64,000 bases of DNA from Fimbriosthenelais zetlandica (lineage: Eukaryota): NCBI GenBank assembly GCA_977030845.1, contig OZ365109.1, positions 17,980,001 through 18,044,000 on the forward strand. Direction: 5' to 3'. Shown here piece by piece: positions 19,894-33,476 of this stretch. How positions within the stretch are numbered: position 1 is the first letter of the stretch; every line of letters begins with the position of its first letter. The notes beneath the pieces are model-generated. The model was not told the DNA's origin and made no database searches. It was given only the letters and a program-made list of their open reading frames with translations. Both the position numbers and the translations under genes were made by a program.

Positions 19894-22754
19894 CTAGTAG
19901 GCTTGGTCTTGATGCAGCAGATCGAGATAAGCCGTCTCAGCATCAGCATGTGGGTTGGTGACAGCAGGGTGAAGCTCGCATTCCTTCAACGGTTCCCATT
20001 CTCGGCATAGACTATTGGAAATCTATAAAATGCAGGAAAAACGTTGGTTAAAATACGTAATACCAAGTACACTAGCAATATTATAAATAAAAGGTACGTA
20101 CAAGTAGGATATAAGTGACAATTTGATTCTTTGAATGTTTTTTAATTGATTTGTTTTTCTTTTTTATGTAATTATTCCACAAGCTGAATAAAACAATTAA
20201 CCAAAGCATGAATGTAAACTTGACTCACCTCCGTATTAAAAGCGCTGCCAACTTGTCCGAAAGTCATCCAAACATTGTTTTCATCGTCCTCTTCTATACG
20301 AGAAATACAACTTTGTGGGATGGCAAAATGGGTGAGGGTGGATCCGCGCAGTCTGGCAATGGCTATGACATCTTCGTCACAGACTTCATACCCTTTAAAA
20401 TGATGCGAAAAAAGATACAAATAGTCAGTAATATAACTTCATAAGACTCATGAATGAAATCATAAGATCAAAGTGGGGGTTCAAAATGACAGATTTCTCG
20501 TTGACCTCCGAATCTTAAAAAAATAGGACTATTATAGCTAGGCCTTCATTTTTTCTTACGGGTATCATAGTTTCAATGAAGAAGGTCTTTTTACGGATAA
20601 CATTTTTAATTTAGTGATTTAGGCCTATATTATAACAACAAAAATCACTGACCAATCAATGTGAAGCTGGAGAGCTTGGGGCACTTCCAGGCCATCATGA
20701 CAAAGGGATCTTCGTCAGTGACTACTTCGTACGTATTAGTTTGATGACCATCAACCATACCATCAACGATGTGCACGGACTTGAGGCTGTTGAAGGAATT
20801 CTGCGATATAAAATTCACCGCAGCTACGTTGATGTGTTGACAGAAGAACATCCTGAGGTGAGTGAGTGGTAGCGCAGGCCTGAGAATGTTGAGGAGACCT
20901 GTCGCCCCATCAATAGAATGGATGAGATTGATGGTCACTTCTAGGGTAGGATTGTAAGTGACCACGCACTGCCAGACTGAATTTGGGATATTTTGCCTAC
21001 CTGGTTCGATACCATGAACATGGATGATGAGCTTTTCCAGTTTGGCTCGGTTGTTCTGAGCGAAACCTTCGAGAAGCTCAGGAGTAACATAGTCGTAGTC
21101 AATGCCGAGAGAGCAGAGACGACGAAAATTGGAGAAGGCGGTAGATGGTAGATCAATCAATCCATACATGTCGGGGTCCTCCTTAATACTGGCAACATGC
21201 AAGATTTTCAAACTTTTGGCATGATGATCGGCCAACAAAGGTATCAGACTAGCACTATAGTCTGTCAGCTCTCCAATACAGCCAAGGGATAAATGCTTCA
21301 GGCCCCGGGACTTTTTCACTATCCCTTCAAGGGCATCGATATATCTGAAATGAGTTTTCAAAAAAGAATAAGAAAATTAGTTATTGACAGGCGCTAACAC
21401 AAATGAAATTAGATCTAGGCCTATAAAAGTGTCATGGTAGCCTATGATTTGAGTGGGGCTAATCAAATGCCTCTCTAACTAGCAGGGTCCTAATTTAAAT
21501 CAATTCTATGAAAGGGGAAAAAAAGCTCTCTTTAATAGGCTGCAATGGAGAGGTTACCGGTAGTCTTAAATTCATCAGATGGCGCCATTGGCAGTGTGAG
21601 TGACGTCATTGATGCCCAGATCTAGGCCTACAGATATTTTCTTGAAATAGATATAACTTGCTAAATATTCTATATTTTTTTACGAAATGTATTTCAGGAT
21701 AAATAATTCTTTTTTTTGTTTATAAAACCCTACATCACACTAACAGTTTCCCCTTTCCCCTTTAAATTAAATTTGGAAACCATGACCATAATTATCAAGT
21801 CCAGGTCCATGGCATGACCATGTCACATCAGTCATCATGATTCCTGTGTAGGCCTGGCTAGCTATTAATTAGGCCTACTATTAATTTTATTATAGGGGTT
21901 AGGAATAAAAGGTAGCCTAAGTCTACAAATTAAACCGTAAAACACATTCCCCTACGTCTCCTCCATCGCCTGGATATTTTCTCTTCTGTCTCTGTCAGTC
22001 CCTCCCTCCCCTCCTCTCACTGTTCATCCATCTCTCCCTTCCTTCCAAGCTGTTTTGCACCAAGCCAAGGTGAAGGTCATTCCCTATCACCCATCATTTC
22101 TGCGCAACATTGTTTGCGTCAAATTAACGCTGACGCATTGCACCAAATACGACCTAAACATAAATAAGACCATTAACTGTACCATGAATTCATCTAAAAT
22201 AAGGCTTTCTGATAGAACCTTATGAGGTTAGACGGCAGAGATGCATGTATGAACTGCGCAGTATGGTGGGGAAGCAGCCCATCCCACCCAGCTGTGGAGA
22301 GCACGTTCCTCCATGTTTACAAACATTGCCCCTGTCCTCCCCAAATTTCTCCCAGATGGCCTACTTACAAATCAATGGTGTTGCTGAGATTTCTATCGGG
22401 CCACGCTATCTGACAGCTTTGAGGTCGTATGACAAGTTTCTCCAGCTTCACATTTTCGCTGAGGATGTTCAATACGCGGAGACAATCAATAACATTGCCT
22501 TCGATTTTGCTGTTGAACTCCACCACGGCCTCCCGCACGAAACGTCCACACATATCCGCAAGGTGCTTCGTCCTCCTTCGTGTGCCCTGCTTCACTTTGA
22601 AGGAGATCTTCCTCCATATCATTGGATGAAATAGGCAGTTCCGCCATCGTTTACATGTCGACGTGCAGTTTACCCTGTCTGTTAAAGACAGGTACGAAAG
22701 TATCTCAATTAAAATCAAGCTCGGTAGCGTAGCCCACGAAGTGTTTGCCGCCAT
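19894..22754 (-). CDS. FBXO33: F-box only protein 33-like, 4 exons, 456 aa
   Basis: Exons 22369-22754, 20653-21344, 20229-20392, 19894-20022 (1371 nt, in frame). N-terminal F-box WATLPSLILIEILSYLSLTDRVNCTSTCKRW; degenerate LRR-like body; C-terminal EDPFVMMAWKC..L..GY......IAIARLRGS.L matches the FBXO33 block as I recall it. Confidence 0.85.
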
Positions 22755-24254
22755 CCTACATTTCTTCTTGTTTCTCTAATTCTATTTTTAGCTCCGAGAT
22801 TCCCCGTTACGTCCGCGTGATCTGCGCGGTTCATCTCGGTGGCGTCAGGTGGCAGCACGCAAGGTATTTCCCGCCCGAACTGCAGCACACGTCCGGAAAG
22901 GAGTGGGTATCCTGTAGCCCGTTTCAAAAGGAATATTAGCAATGCTGAGTCTATGGCTAATATTCGTTTTGAAACAGGCAATGATAAAGAATAGGAAGAA
23001 ACATGTGACAAGGGGTGGGTATTCAAAATGGCCACAAAAATAAGCGTGACATCCTTGTTTATGCCCTTTATGGCTCCAGTAGTGTGACCAGGCCGCATCA
23101 GACCAACAAGATTATTTACGGTATAACATTTAGTATAGGTGTGGCTTTTCTACTACTTCTTCAATACAAATTCTGAAGTACCCGGTATCCAGATGTTTAA
23201 TAAATTTTAGATTTCAATGCTCCTGGAGGCCTAGTTGACGCGTGGACAACGTGACAAACTCTTTCAGCTACTCACACAACATGCAGCATAAACAAAAAAA
23301 ATATATAAATGTACGGTAGTGTTAACGCATTATCATTCACCTTATATTAACTTTTTATATTCTTACACTTATAAATGTTACTTTTATTGAAATAATTGAT
23401 ATAGGCTACTCACAAAGCTCAATTTTCATGTTGGATATACTTGTTGGAAATTTATTTTATTCATGCCTTTCTGGGATAAATATAAGCAACAATATCACAA
23501 TTACAATGCCTACTGGCATATTATCATCTAGAGCTCAATAAGAGACTCCAAATTAAATGACAACACCGAAAACTGAGAATGACAGAGATGTCTACCCTAG
23601 AAACGCAGATATCGCTACCTTCAATTAATCAGATATCTATCACGGGTACGTCTTTCCATATCAATAAGATTGGAAATAAATACAATTTTTTGTTTGTAGA
23701 AAGCACAGAAGTATTGTAAAATTGTTGTTACTTTTAAAATGAGAATAATTTATTTGCACTTTTGATTTATTTTTTTTGCATCTTAGAAATCAATGGATAT
23801 ATATAGTTCTAGGTGCATGCATAGTTGATACAAAATCCATATCATCTGTTTTCCATAATGATTTTTACAAATAACTGGGCATATCATTAATGTATAATTA
23901 CATAAGTTTACATTGTGAATCATTCTACTAAAGGTAGAAAACCCATACTTAGTGCATTTACACATTGTAATAAAGATTGAAAAGTCATTTCGTATAAGCA
24001 CTGTCAAATTCTTGAGTGCATATGATGGACATGTGAAAGAAACCCTGCTTGGTTTTAAATGGACGGAACAGTATATCACAATCGCAACATCTCCCAATAA
24101 TTTATTTTTTCTCGAAAGCAATTTTCAAATGATTATACATTTTACATTTATGTGTGGCCCAGAAAAACATTTAGGGGTATACTATATTTAAGTGAAGTTT
24201 CAGGTCACATGTATTTGTGGAATGTTTTTTGAACATGTAAATTTTAGCAATCAT

Positions 24255-27200
24255 TTAGTCGTCTCCACCAGATATCTTGGCCTGGATTGTTACTGTCACT
24301 TTGCGGAGAGCCGGAGCGACCTGGGGGTATTCCTGATTCAGGCGATCCACAATTGCGCCCAACGTGTGAGATCGGTCAATCTGCTTCTCTAGCTCGTTAT
24401 CCAAGGCTGTGTCAGCTTTGACCATGCGGGTGTATTTGCCATCTTTTGCTTGCTGTAGATACTTGGCTCGCTGCTGCTTCTGTAGCAAATCTTGCAAATT
24501 CTGTAGATATAACGTTATAGGGCGTCAAATAATTAAAGGTGAACATTTGGTAAAGATCAATTTTCAGCACAATTGATGAATACAATTTTGTTAACCTGAT
24601 ACAGTCATTGATAATAAATAAATTTCAAATATATTTTATATCATGTATTTTTTTTTAAATAATCCCCTGTATGGGAAGCCAAATCTAACCATATCATCTA
24701 CAATGAAGAATTTTGCCCTGACCTTTTGTTTCTGCTCCAGCAGTCTGTCAATGTCTCCGTCCAGGCTGTCTGCGGAACCCTGCAAGTGTTGCACATTCAG
24801 CTGCCGCTCCTCAAGCTGTTCACTCAGCTCCTGCTGATTCCCTCTCAGATCCTGAATCTCAGAATCACTCTGGTTGGCCTCCTGCAATGTTTACATTTTA
24901 GTGGTCATTTATTGGCCTTCCATCTCTTATTAACATACTCTATGGTTTGTATAGAGTCCATTCTGATCAACTGGAAAATGTTAGGGTGATCGAGGTGAGG
25001 TAGCAAAAATTGAAGGATGAGTTATAGACAGTAAGATGGTCACGTCATGATAGGTTTATAGCATATCCAGGAAATTTTATGAGACACATAAACAAAACCG
25101 AGAAGATATTCACAATTCAATAAAATACCCGAATCTATGTCTTGGTACCCAAATCGAGATGTCTGGGCCTGTGGTATAAGAGTACATTAATATATTTGAA
25201 TTATCAACTCACATGAATGGTACTTTTAATTTTCTTTTTCAGATCAGTGATCTGGCGCTGGAATGTGCCTTTTGTAAGCACCTTCTTATTCATCTTCGAT
25301 TGGGCATCCCCACGAGTAACAATCGTATCTCGCCTGAAATAGAATATTCAAGATGGTATGGTTCACTATGAATTGGCTTAATTTGGTCTCCACAGGCATT
25401 TACATCACCCCAATGAGTGTATACATACATTATATGAAGTATTACAAACTGTAGACATAATACATTAACACATTCTTTGCGTTCTCATTTTTCATTGAAC
25501 TATAATATAGATCATACCAATAAGCTATAGAAGCACTACTTTGGTCTCCGATGAAAAGTTTTTTTATCGCTAATTCTTTGAGTTCTCACCTGGACACCGC
25601 CTTCTCCATTTCCTGGATCATACGTTCTTGTTGTTTCATGAGTTGGGTGTAGCGCACCTGCATTCGGTGTATCTCAGCTTTCATGGCACGGATTTCCCCT
25701 TGTCCTGTCTCCGAATCAACAGCTGCTCTCGTTTCCCGAGCAAGTTGGGTTTTCTTCTCCCAGAGCATTATCTGACGCCTGAAAATTTGCATTTACATTT
25801 AAATCAAAATTATGTCAATCTATATGAATGTACATGTGTCCATACTAGCTTCAGAAGTAGCAACTGAGTCCCTTACATATGGATATTTGAAAATGTTCAC
25901 ACCAGGTAAATTTACTGGTTGTCTACTCACTCAGCTTCAACGAGGCTGTTCAGCAGGCGCTCCTTCTCTTCTCTCAAACCATCCAGATCTTCCTGCATTT
26001 GAATGGATTCTCTTTCTGCTTCCTGTAATATAAATCACAAAAACGTGACATGTGAAATGGCGAAGATGGTCGGCAACACCTTAGAAACAGTCCTCTGGTC
26101 CTATATTAATATTTGCTTATCCTTGAGCCTTAACAATGAATCTGAATATAAAAAAAGGTCTATGAGTGAAATATAATTATAGAAGGAACAGAAAAATCTA
26201 TATGTACGTACCCTTAGAGTGCCAATGAAGTCGTTCTCCATGAGAATGTTGCCCTGTTCCAGTACGTGCTCTGTACCGCGTTCATTGTGTAGCAGCATGT
26301 TCAGCTTGAGCATGTCATTCTGCATGTGACTGATGTTCCTCTCAAACTCACTGGTCTCAGTCAACTGGTGATTAATATCCCCTGAAAACAGGAATGATCT
26401 ACTTAAATGCACTGTCAAAATTTAGTTCACTTGTATTCGTTTTATGTACACATATTTTGTTTGTTTGCAAATTAAAATCGTTGACATTCTGGAATTTGCA
26501 ATTTTGAAATTCTTTGGTTTAATTTTGTTTATTCTTTTAAAATAATTTCTGTATGCTGACTGGAGTACACACGAACCTTCTATACGAAGTTTCTTCTGGG
26601 AGAGGATGGTCAGTTGTTTTTTAAGGTTCTCCACGTCTTTGCTTTGGTCTTCCTTCTCCTGGGTTAACCTCACAAGCTCACTCTGGTCTCTCAGCCACAT
26701 CTGCTGCAGTTCACCAATCTCCGCTTGTTCAGCATCAATCGACTTCTGAAGGGAGTTAATTTGGATCTCCAAAGGTCCAAGTTCCACACCCTGAAAATAT
26801 GTTAGCATAGTACATGTATAGGTTTTCATTTTCATATTTTTGGACATTTGATAACAATGGTTCTTTGTTTGTTTTTTAATTTAGGATTTTTATACAGCCA
26901 GTGTTATACAAGAATTGTATAGGCTTACGGGGCACCTTATTAGTGATAACTGGTATTAGAAAAGGGAGATTGACAAGGAAAGGTCTCATCTTGTCCCCAA
27001 TTTGTCTTTCAACAATGCAATTAATAGCTTCATGGAACCTTCAGACACTCACCCCAGCACCCGTTATCAGCTGTTCCATTCTTTTATTGTATTGGTCAAT
27101 GATTCCTTGTTTACGCTCGATGACGGCATTTCTTTTGATGATCTCTGTGTCGCTTCGTGTAATAATCTCATTCTTCTGACGGATCTCCTCGTCTAACTCG

Positions 27201-30200
27201 GCAAGAATACCGGCCAGTCTTTCTATTCTCATCCTGGTATTGGATATCTCAAGAGTGTCCCTCGATAGATGATTCTCCACCTCAGCTACTTGGGCATCCT
27301 GGATTAAAATGACAAAGGAATGAAGTGAGGGACAAATAGGAAACTTCAATAAGAAGTTCAATAACACCCAATCACTATTAACTATATAAAAACGTGTACT
27401 TCGGTCCAATTCAGAAAACACTGGAACTTTTATTTGCAGGCCTAAATCCCATAGGCTTCATCTAGAATCAAATTTTGTATGGAATTATTTACCAATGACT
27501 TGGTGTGAAGTTTCTTTCTCAAGGTGAGCTTGTCAGTATACTGCGAAGCCTTGTCCAATGTTAGTTGCGAACGAAGCATTTCCAAAATCTGGTCCTCCAA
27601 ACTCATCTTGTCCCTGAACTCCCGTTCTATTTGTTTTCGCAGAGCGTTGACTTCATTCTGTCGGAGTGTCTTGTCCTGTGGAAATTTAATAGAGAATAGT
27701 ATAACATTTGTAATTTTTGTAATTGCAATAATTGTAACTATTTCAATAATATATTCTAATCAGATATATTTCAGCAATAGAAAAAAAGGTGAAACTGTAG
27801 GCCTCCTCTCATTTGTGCCTATCTCGTAGATATTTTAAACAATTTATATTATTACCAGAGCAGTTTTGGATAATTAAGTTACAGATGCAATTTCTTGGCT
27901 TCTAACTTACCGTGTTAGCTCTGTTGAGGGCTTGTTCGGTTTCATGCAACATGCGTGAATAAGTTGCGTACTCATTTTTTAAGGCGTCATGTCTGTCCTG
28001 GCACGCTTGAAGAAGCCTTCTAATAGTACCAATGTCAATCTCTGTTTTATGGTTGATTGTCATCAATTTTTCGTTTTGCTCTTGCTCCTTGGAGATGGAT
28101 TTTTTAAACCCTTCTATTTCTGTCTCCAAAGACAGGATGCGTTGCTGTTGTTCACTGTAGAAATGCATTTAATAAAATATTAACTTAACATATATGTAAT
28201 AAGGATCTGTGATCCGAAATAAATCTACAGAAATAAATCTACAGGAAAATGCTTATGTCTACTTCACTACCACTTGTAAAATGTGATTCTGGCAATCAGA
28301 AACATGAAACATCACATTTCAGTATATTCCAGCGATACATCTACATTATTTATTTCTGAAGTCTGAATGGACTTACTGAAGAGCATCTTGCATGGCAGAA
28401 TGGGCTTCATCACGTCTACGCATACCAATGAGTGAGCTGTTCCACTGCTGGAATAACTGCTTCTTTTCCAAGTTTATTGCCTGAAACGAACCAAAAACCG
28501 GTTTTACATTACAGTTTCAAATAATGTTACAAATAGTTTCAAATATATTTGCACATATTATATAATAGAAATCCTACCTCTATTTCCATGTGGGCTTCAG
28601 ACAAAGCCTCTTTGGAGGCCTTCGTTTCGGTTGCTTGGGCGGAGAGTTGAACCTCATACATTGCAATTTCCTCTCGCAATTTATCCACACGTTCTACTAG
28701 TCGGTCCACGAACAAATCCTATCAAAATAATACATAACACTTGATCAATCTATGCCGAGAGATGGGGGGGCAAGTTGTAACTTTTTCTTACAAGGAAAAT
28801 AGTGGGATGATTGAGGGAGATTTATGATTATTATTGATCAGATGCGTCTAAAGAATTTTGTTACAATTTAATACAGTGTGCCTACCTGTTTTTGCTTGTC
28901 GAGTTCAGCCTTTCCAACTTCAGTGTCAGCCTTTTCTGCTGCTCGTTTCATTACAGATATATCAGATCGCACGTCTTCACGAGCATTATCCATGTAGTAC
29001 AGTCTCAACGCCAGATTCTCTACTTCCTGTCGGAGATCAGAACCTGGGAAATAAAAGAAATGCCATCATCCGTATGAACATCCAGCCTATGAACATTAGT
29101 GCACCACAATATAAGTAGCCACTGACGTATAATGTTGATTTTCCATAACTGTTCAGAGGCTTTGAATAACTTTGATAGAAATTGACATGATTCCAATGTC
29201 CATTATAACTTTTCCAGGATTTTCCCAAACTGTGGAAACCCTGATAATTAAATATACATGTTGAATTAAAAATGTGCCTTATTTATATCATCAGAGAGTG
29301 GCTTTTGGACACTCACCTTTCTTCCTCTCCTTGTTGACTGTAGTCTGGTTTCGCCTGTACAGCTCTTGTACTTCACTCAGCAGCTGATCTATTTGTGAAC
29401 GCTGCTGGTTAAGGCTCGTATACTGGTCGTGGGTTTTCTCCAGCATCATCTGATGCCGCGCCAGTTCCTGCTGAACACCATACAGCTCGACGCCGATGTT
29501 CTCACGGTCTGTAGACTTGTCCTTCATGGCCTCTTGCAGTTCACGTAGTTCCAATGAGACTTTCTCGTTTTGTTTATCAAGGTGGGACTTGAGAGCTCTC
29601 TGGAACCTTTGCATCAAGGGCTGGAAAAAAATTAAAAAATTGTAAGACCATGGTATATAAAATTTCTTAAAATACTTAAATAATTCATTATTCATTAACA
29701 GAGAAATTAAATTAATACAAAGTTTAAAGGTGAAAGAAGTATAAATCATGTTCATATGATGTACATGACCAGATACGTTAATAGAGATTAAAGGAGAAGG
29801 CAAACTATATTATTATCTCATCAGGAAATATTGAGCAACTAGGGTGTATTGCGTATATATATATATGAGTAATAGATGAAAGGGAATTTTCTTACATGGT
29901 CAGGGTCGAGGACCACCATCTCATTTTCACCTTCGCTCTGTTCATCGTCTGTTGTCTCCTCTTCCGCGGAAAGCTCTTCTTCTTGGTCACTTTCTCCAGC
30001 ATACAGGTCTTCCTGCATGGCCATGTCTGTCATGCCGGCGACTGGCTCATCTGTATATGGCTCGTCCTCCAACTGGGTCATCGACGGTGGATCTAAATAT
30101 GGACACAAATATTGTACATTAATTACTGCAAAAACATTGTACATTTTGCAGAAATACAGGTATGATTGATCAAATCTGAGGTTCAGTGAACTGTTTTTAA

Positions 30201-32469
30201 TATGTGTGGACATTTTTTTCTATGGCCATTCTGTCCAGCGTGCCAAACAGGTAGGTTAATGGACACGGAATATATTTAGCCTACTGTATAATAAATATGT
30301 TACAAAAAGATCAAGAACTCTCATTTACCTTGGTTAACTTGGTCACTCTGTGGTTTCTGTGCAGAAGACATCCTTGCCGGTGAGGCTCTATCTGAAGTAG
30401 GTCTACCAGATGGGGGCCGAGCAGAGGGTGGTCTCCCAGAAGCTGACTCAGGCCTACCAGATGTAGGCCTCTGACCAGATGTAGGCCTCTGCCCAGAAGT
30501 AGACCTCTGTCCAGATGTAGGTCTCTGCCCAGATGTATGTCTCCCAGAAGCAGGTCTCCCTGATTCAGGTCGTCCTGATTCGGGCCGACCTGAGGCGGGT
30601 CTCCCCGATGCAGGTCGTCCTGATTCGGGTCGACCTGAGGTGGGTCTGCCCGATGCTGGCCTACTAGAAGTTGGTCTATCAGCTACGGGTGATTCACCGG
30701 GTTTCGTGGCTGAAGGAGATTGTCCAGTTAAGATTAGTCCCTCTGAAAAAAATGACAGTGTAACAATAAAATTAGCATAGTTTTGACAGCATTACATTTC
30801 ATTCCAAAAAAAAGCATAGGCTATATTTAATTAGTTACCTAATTTTTAGGCTATATTAACTTAGAGAGAGACCAAAACCCCGATATGGTCTGGCCTGTAA
30901 ATTATAGTTGGGTTGTTATTATTTTTCATTAGGTTGGGCCACTCGACAAAAATTTATTTTCTAACACTGTAATATATGTGTATATATTATTATTGTATGC
31001 ACCCTCATCTGCTTTTTGAGCTGAGGACGGTCTTGATCTTGCAGGTGAGGCGGGCTTCGATCCTGCTTTAGATCCTTTAGGACTAGAACGTGTACCCGCT
31101 CCAGAAGCCGGTCTACTCCCAGCTGCGCCAGACGCCGGTCTACTGCCAGTCGCACTTCCAGGCCTAGACCTGCTGGCTGATCCAGGCCTTGATCCTGAAA
31201 ATTACAATACTAGAAAGGTTAATACATGCAAAAATATATTATTTATCTGACCGATGCTTAAAAGTGGACGATTCCACTAATGTCATTATGATATTATAAA
31301 ACAGTTTATTTTGAAGTGACTTAATGAGTCATTTAATAGGGTACTGTATCACACTGTACTAACTAGTTTCATGAATATAGACTACGTCATAGTACTCGTA
31401 ATTAACATTTAAAATGGACTGGTTAATTTGCTATCACCTATAAACGGGTACGCCTATGTACTTGTATAGTATTTATGTTTGAGTTAATGGGTTTAAGCAA
31501 CGACGTGACTGGGCCAATATTCAGTAGTCCATACATGTAGGCGATATATTATTATCTTAAAATACCTTTTTGCGAACCTTTACTAGCAGATGCAGGACGT
31601 GACCCTCTGTTAGCAGAAGTTGGCCGAGATGGAGGTTTTTCCGCTGAGCCTGAAGGTTCCTCATCGTTCATATCACCGGTGTCAAACTGGATTTTTAAAT
31701 GAGATTTGGCATTGTAAGAGAACAGAAAATAATTGAAAAGTTCGGCGAAATACTAGTAATAGTCGACAATAGACTTGTCAAGCTAGATCTTCTAGACTAG
31801 GCTACTGGTAGTACTAATAATATCTAATGAAACAATAACTAGATCTAACATTTTATGTAATAATTAATTTTAATTTATGTAGATCTACCAGTAATACTAA
31901 TAGGCGATAATATTAATAATACTCACCTCATTCAGAGCTGCTACCGTGAGTTTTGACACAACATCGTCCATACCTGCGCCGCCTGAGGGTCTGAAAAAGT
32001 TAAAAGATTTATAATTTATATTATAGATTTGTAACAGATTTGTTAATAATTTATTGTAGCCTAATGTAGGTGAATCAGAACATCATAAAATCTAGTACGA
32101 GTTTCTCCAATCTCGTAAGAGATATAGATCTAGAATTATTGTTGTAGTTTATGCCATCTACTGACCATGGAAACGAAAACCGCCCTTCAAATCAATGAAT
32201 CATGATGAACATCATGTAATTGTAAACAAACATGATTTTGCTGATTGAAAATTGAATGAAAGCTTCGAGATTTGGCGGCCACAAGAATTTTCTATTAAGG
32301 AAAACAACCCTTGGCTTTACAAATTAATATCCTCGAACGAAACTTCCATGAGTCCATAAATACGCTAGAGTTGTACCACTTACATTTCACTAAATTATAG
32401 CACGAAATCCACGGTAAAATCACTCAAAAGCAAACACAAAATGAACACTTACTTGTCTTGGTCCGCCAT
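24255..32469 (-). CDS. CCDC40: Coiled-coil domain-containing protein 40 (axonemal 96-nm ruler subunit), 20 exons, 1191 aa
   Basis: Exons 32453-32469, 31927-31990, 31566-31686, 31003-31194, 30329-30742, 29896-30092, 29317-29620, 28886-29043, 28578-28718, 28377-28480, 27911-28154, 27493-27675, 27053-27298, 26577-26790, 26212-26381, 25931-26022, 25590-25778, 25213-25333, 24723-24881, 24255-24500 (3576 nt, phases consistent). Diagnostic [19 protein letters not shown] and [39 protein letters not shown]. Confidence 0.95.
30393..30677 (-). repeat. Coding tandem repeat RP(A/T/E/P)SG(Q) in CCDC40 exon 5
   Basis: Translation reads [97 protein letters not shown]; 15- and 18-bp units. Confidence 0.9.
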
Positions 32470-32600
32470 CTTGTTTAATAGATGTTGTTGCTATGTGCAC
32501 TGAGTAACGGTATTTCTGATTGGCTGGGATCTTTTTAGCTCTAGCCAATGGCGTTTGGTTTTGCAACTGCAACGGAAGTGGCCCAGATGGTCTGTCAACA
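32470..32600. promoter_or_regulatory. Bidirectional promoter shared by CCDC40 and TBC1D16
   Basis: RFX X-box-like GTTGCTATG at 32487, GCAAC half-sites near 32563-32572, two inverted CCAAT boxes (CTGATTGGCT 32516-32525, GCCAAT 32544-32549) and ETS CGGAAGTG 32573-32580, between the CCDC40 ATG and a probable non-coding TBC1D16 exon ending at 32782 (donor GTAAGT). Confidence 0.65.
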
Positions 32601-33476
32601 GCAGTCGGAGGGTGTGTATGTCTATAATTTTTTCGGATTTCCTCTGCTTTTGCGTCAATATTTTATCGGTTTTATCTATCGAAAGTTAAAATATTGAAAG
32701 GTTCTTATATCTGCCTTGTAGACTACCTTCTGTTGGCTTTGGTGGTTCTTACTATTAGATATCTTTCGCAACATACGGAACAGTAAGTTGGCTTCGGCCT
32801 TCGCGTTGTCTTCAGGCTCATCTCGGGTTTCACTCGATCATTCATGAGTCGATGGGAACTCATTCAGATCTACTTACTAGGCTACTACTACTAGTACTAC
32901 TAATGTCTATTGTATAGACCTATCCTATGGTTATATTCATACAGTCATACTCATAGCCATAGTGTAGGGTATTAATAATATATCTATAATCTAGCTGGGC
33001 CCAAGTCATAGAAAAATTTTATTAGATGATTTATTAGCCTACCAGTGGCAGTGAGTCACATTAATCAAAGTTTGATGTGACAATTGACATTGTATTAGAT
33101 CTAAAATAAGCTGTTAACCCTCGTTTTCGACTTAATCTAAGAGTACTATTATTTTAGGAAATTTAGCCTACGGTACCGTTTCTAAATACCTTTGAGATGA
33201 ATTTTCACAGATAATATTATGTACTACATGTATAACAGTACCGTGGTATATTATTCATTGGCTATCTCTCTACTTCTATGATTATTAATTTAATAGGCCA
33301 TATTTGGGGCAAAACAAACTGCTTATCATTCACTAAAACACCTCACTATTTTTTCAGATGAGTTGAAGGATGTGTTCAACCCCAGCCCCAGGAAGAATTC
33401 TATGGAAGGCTCGTGGCAGTAGAACAAATAAAGGGCAATTCTAACAGGCATCTCCTGTGCAGGCCTATAGATTACC

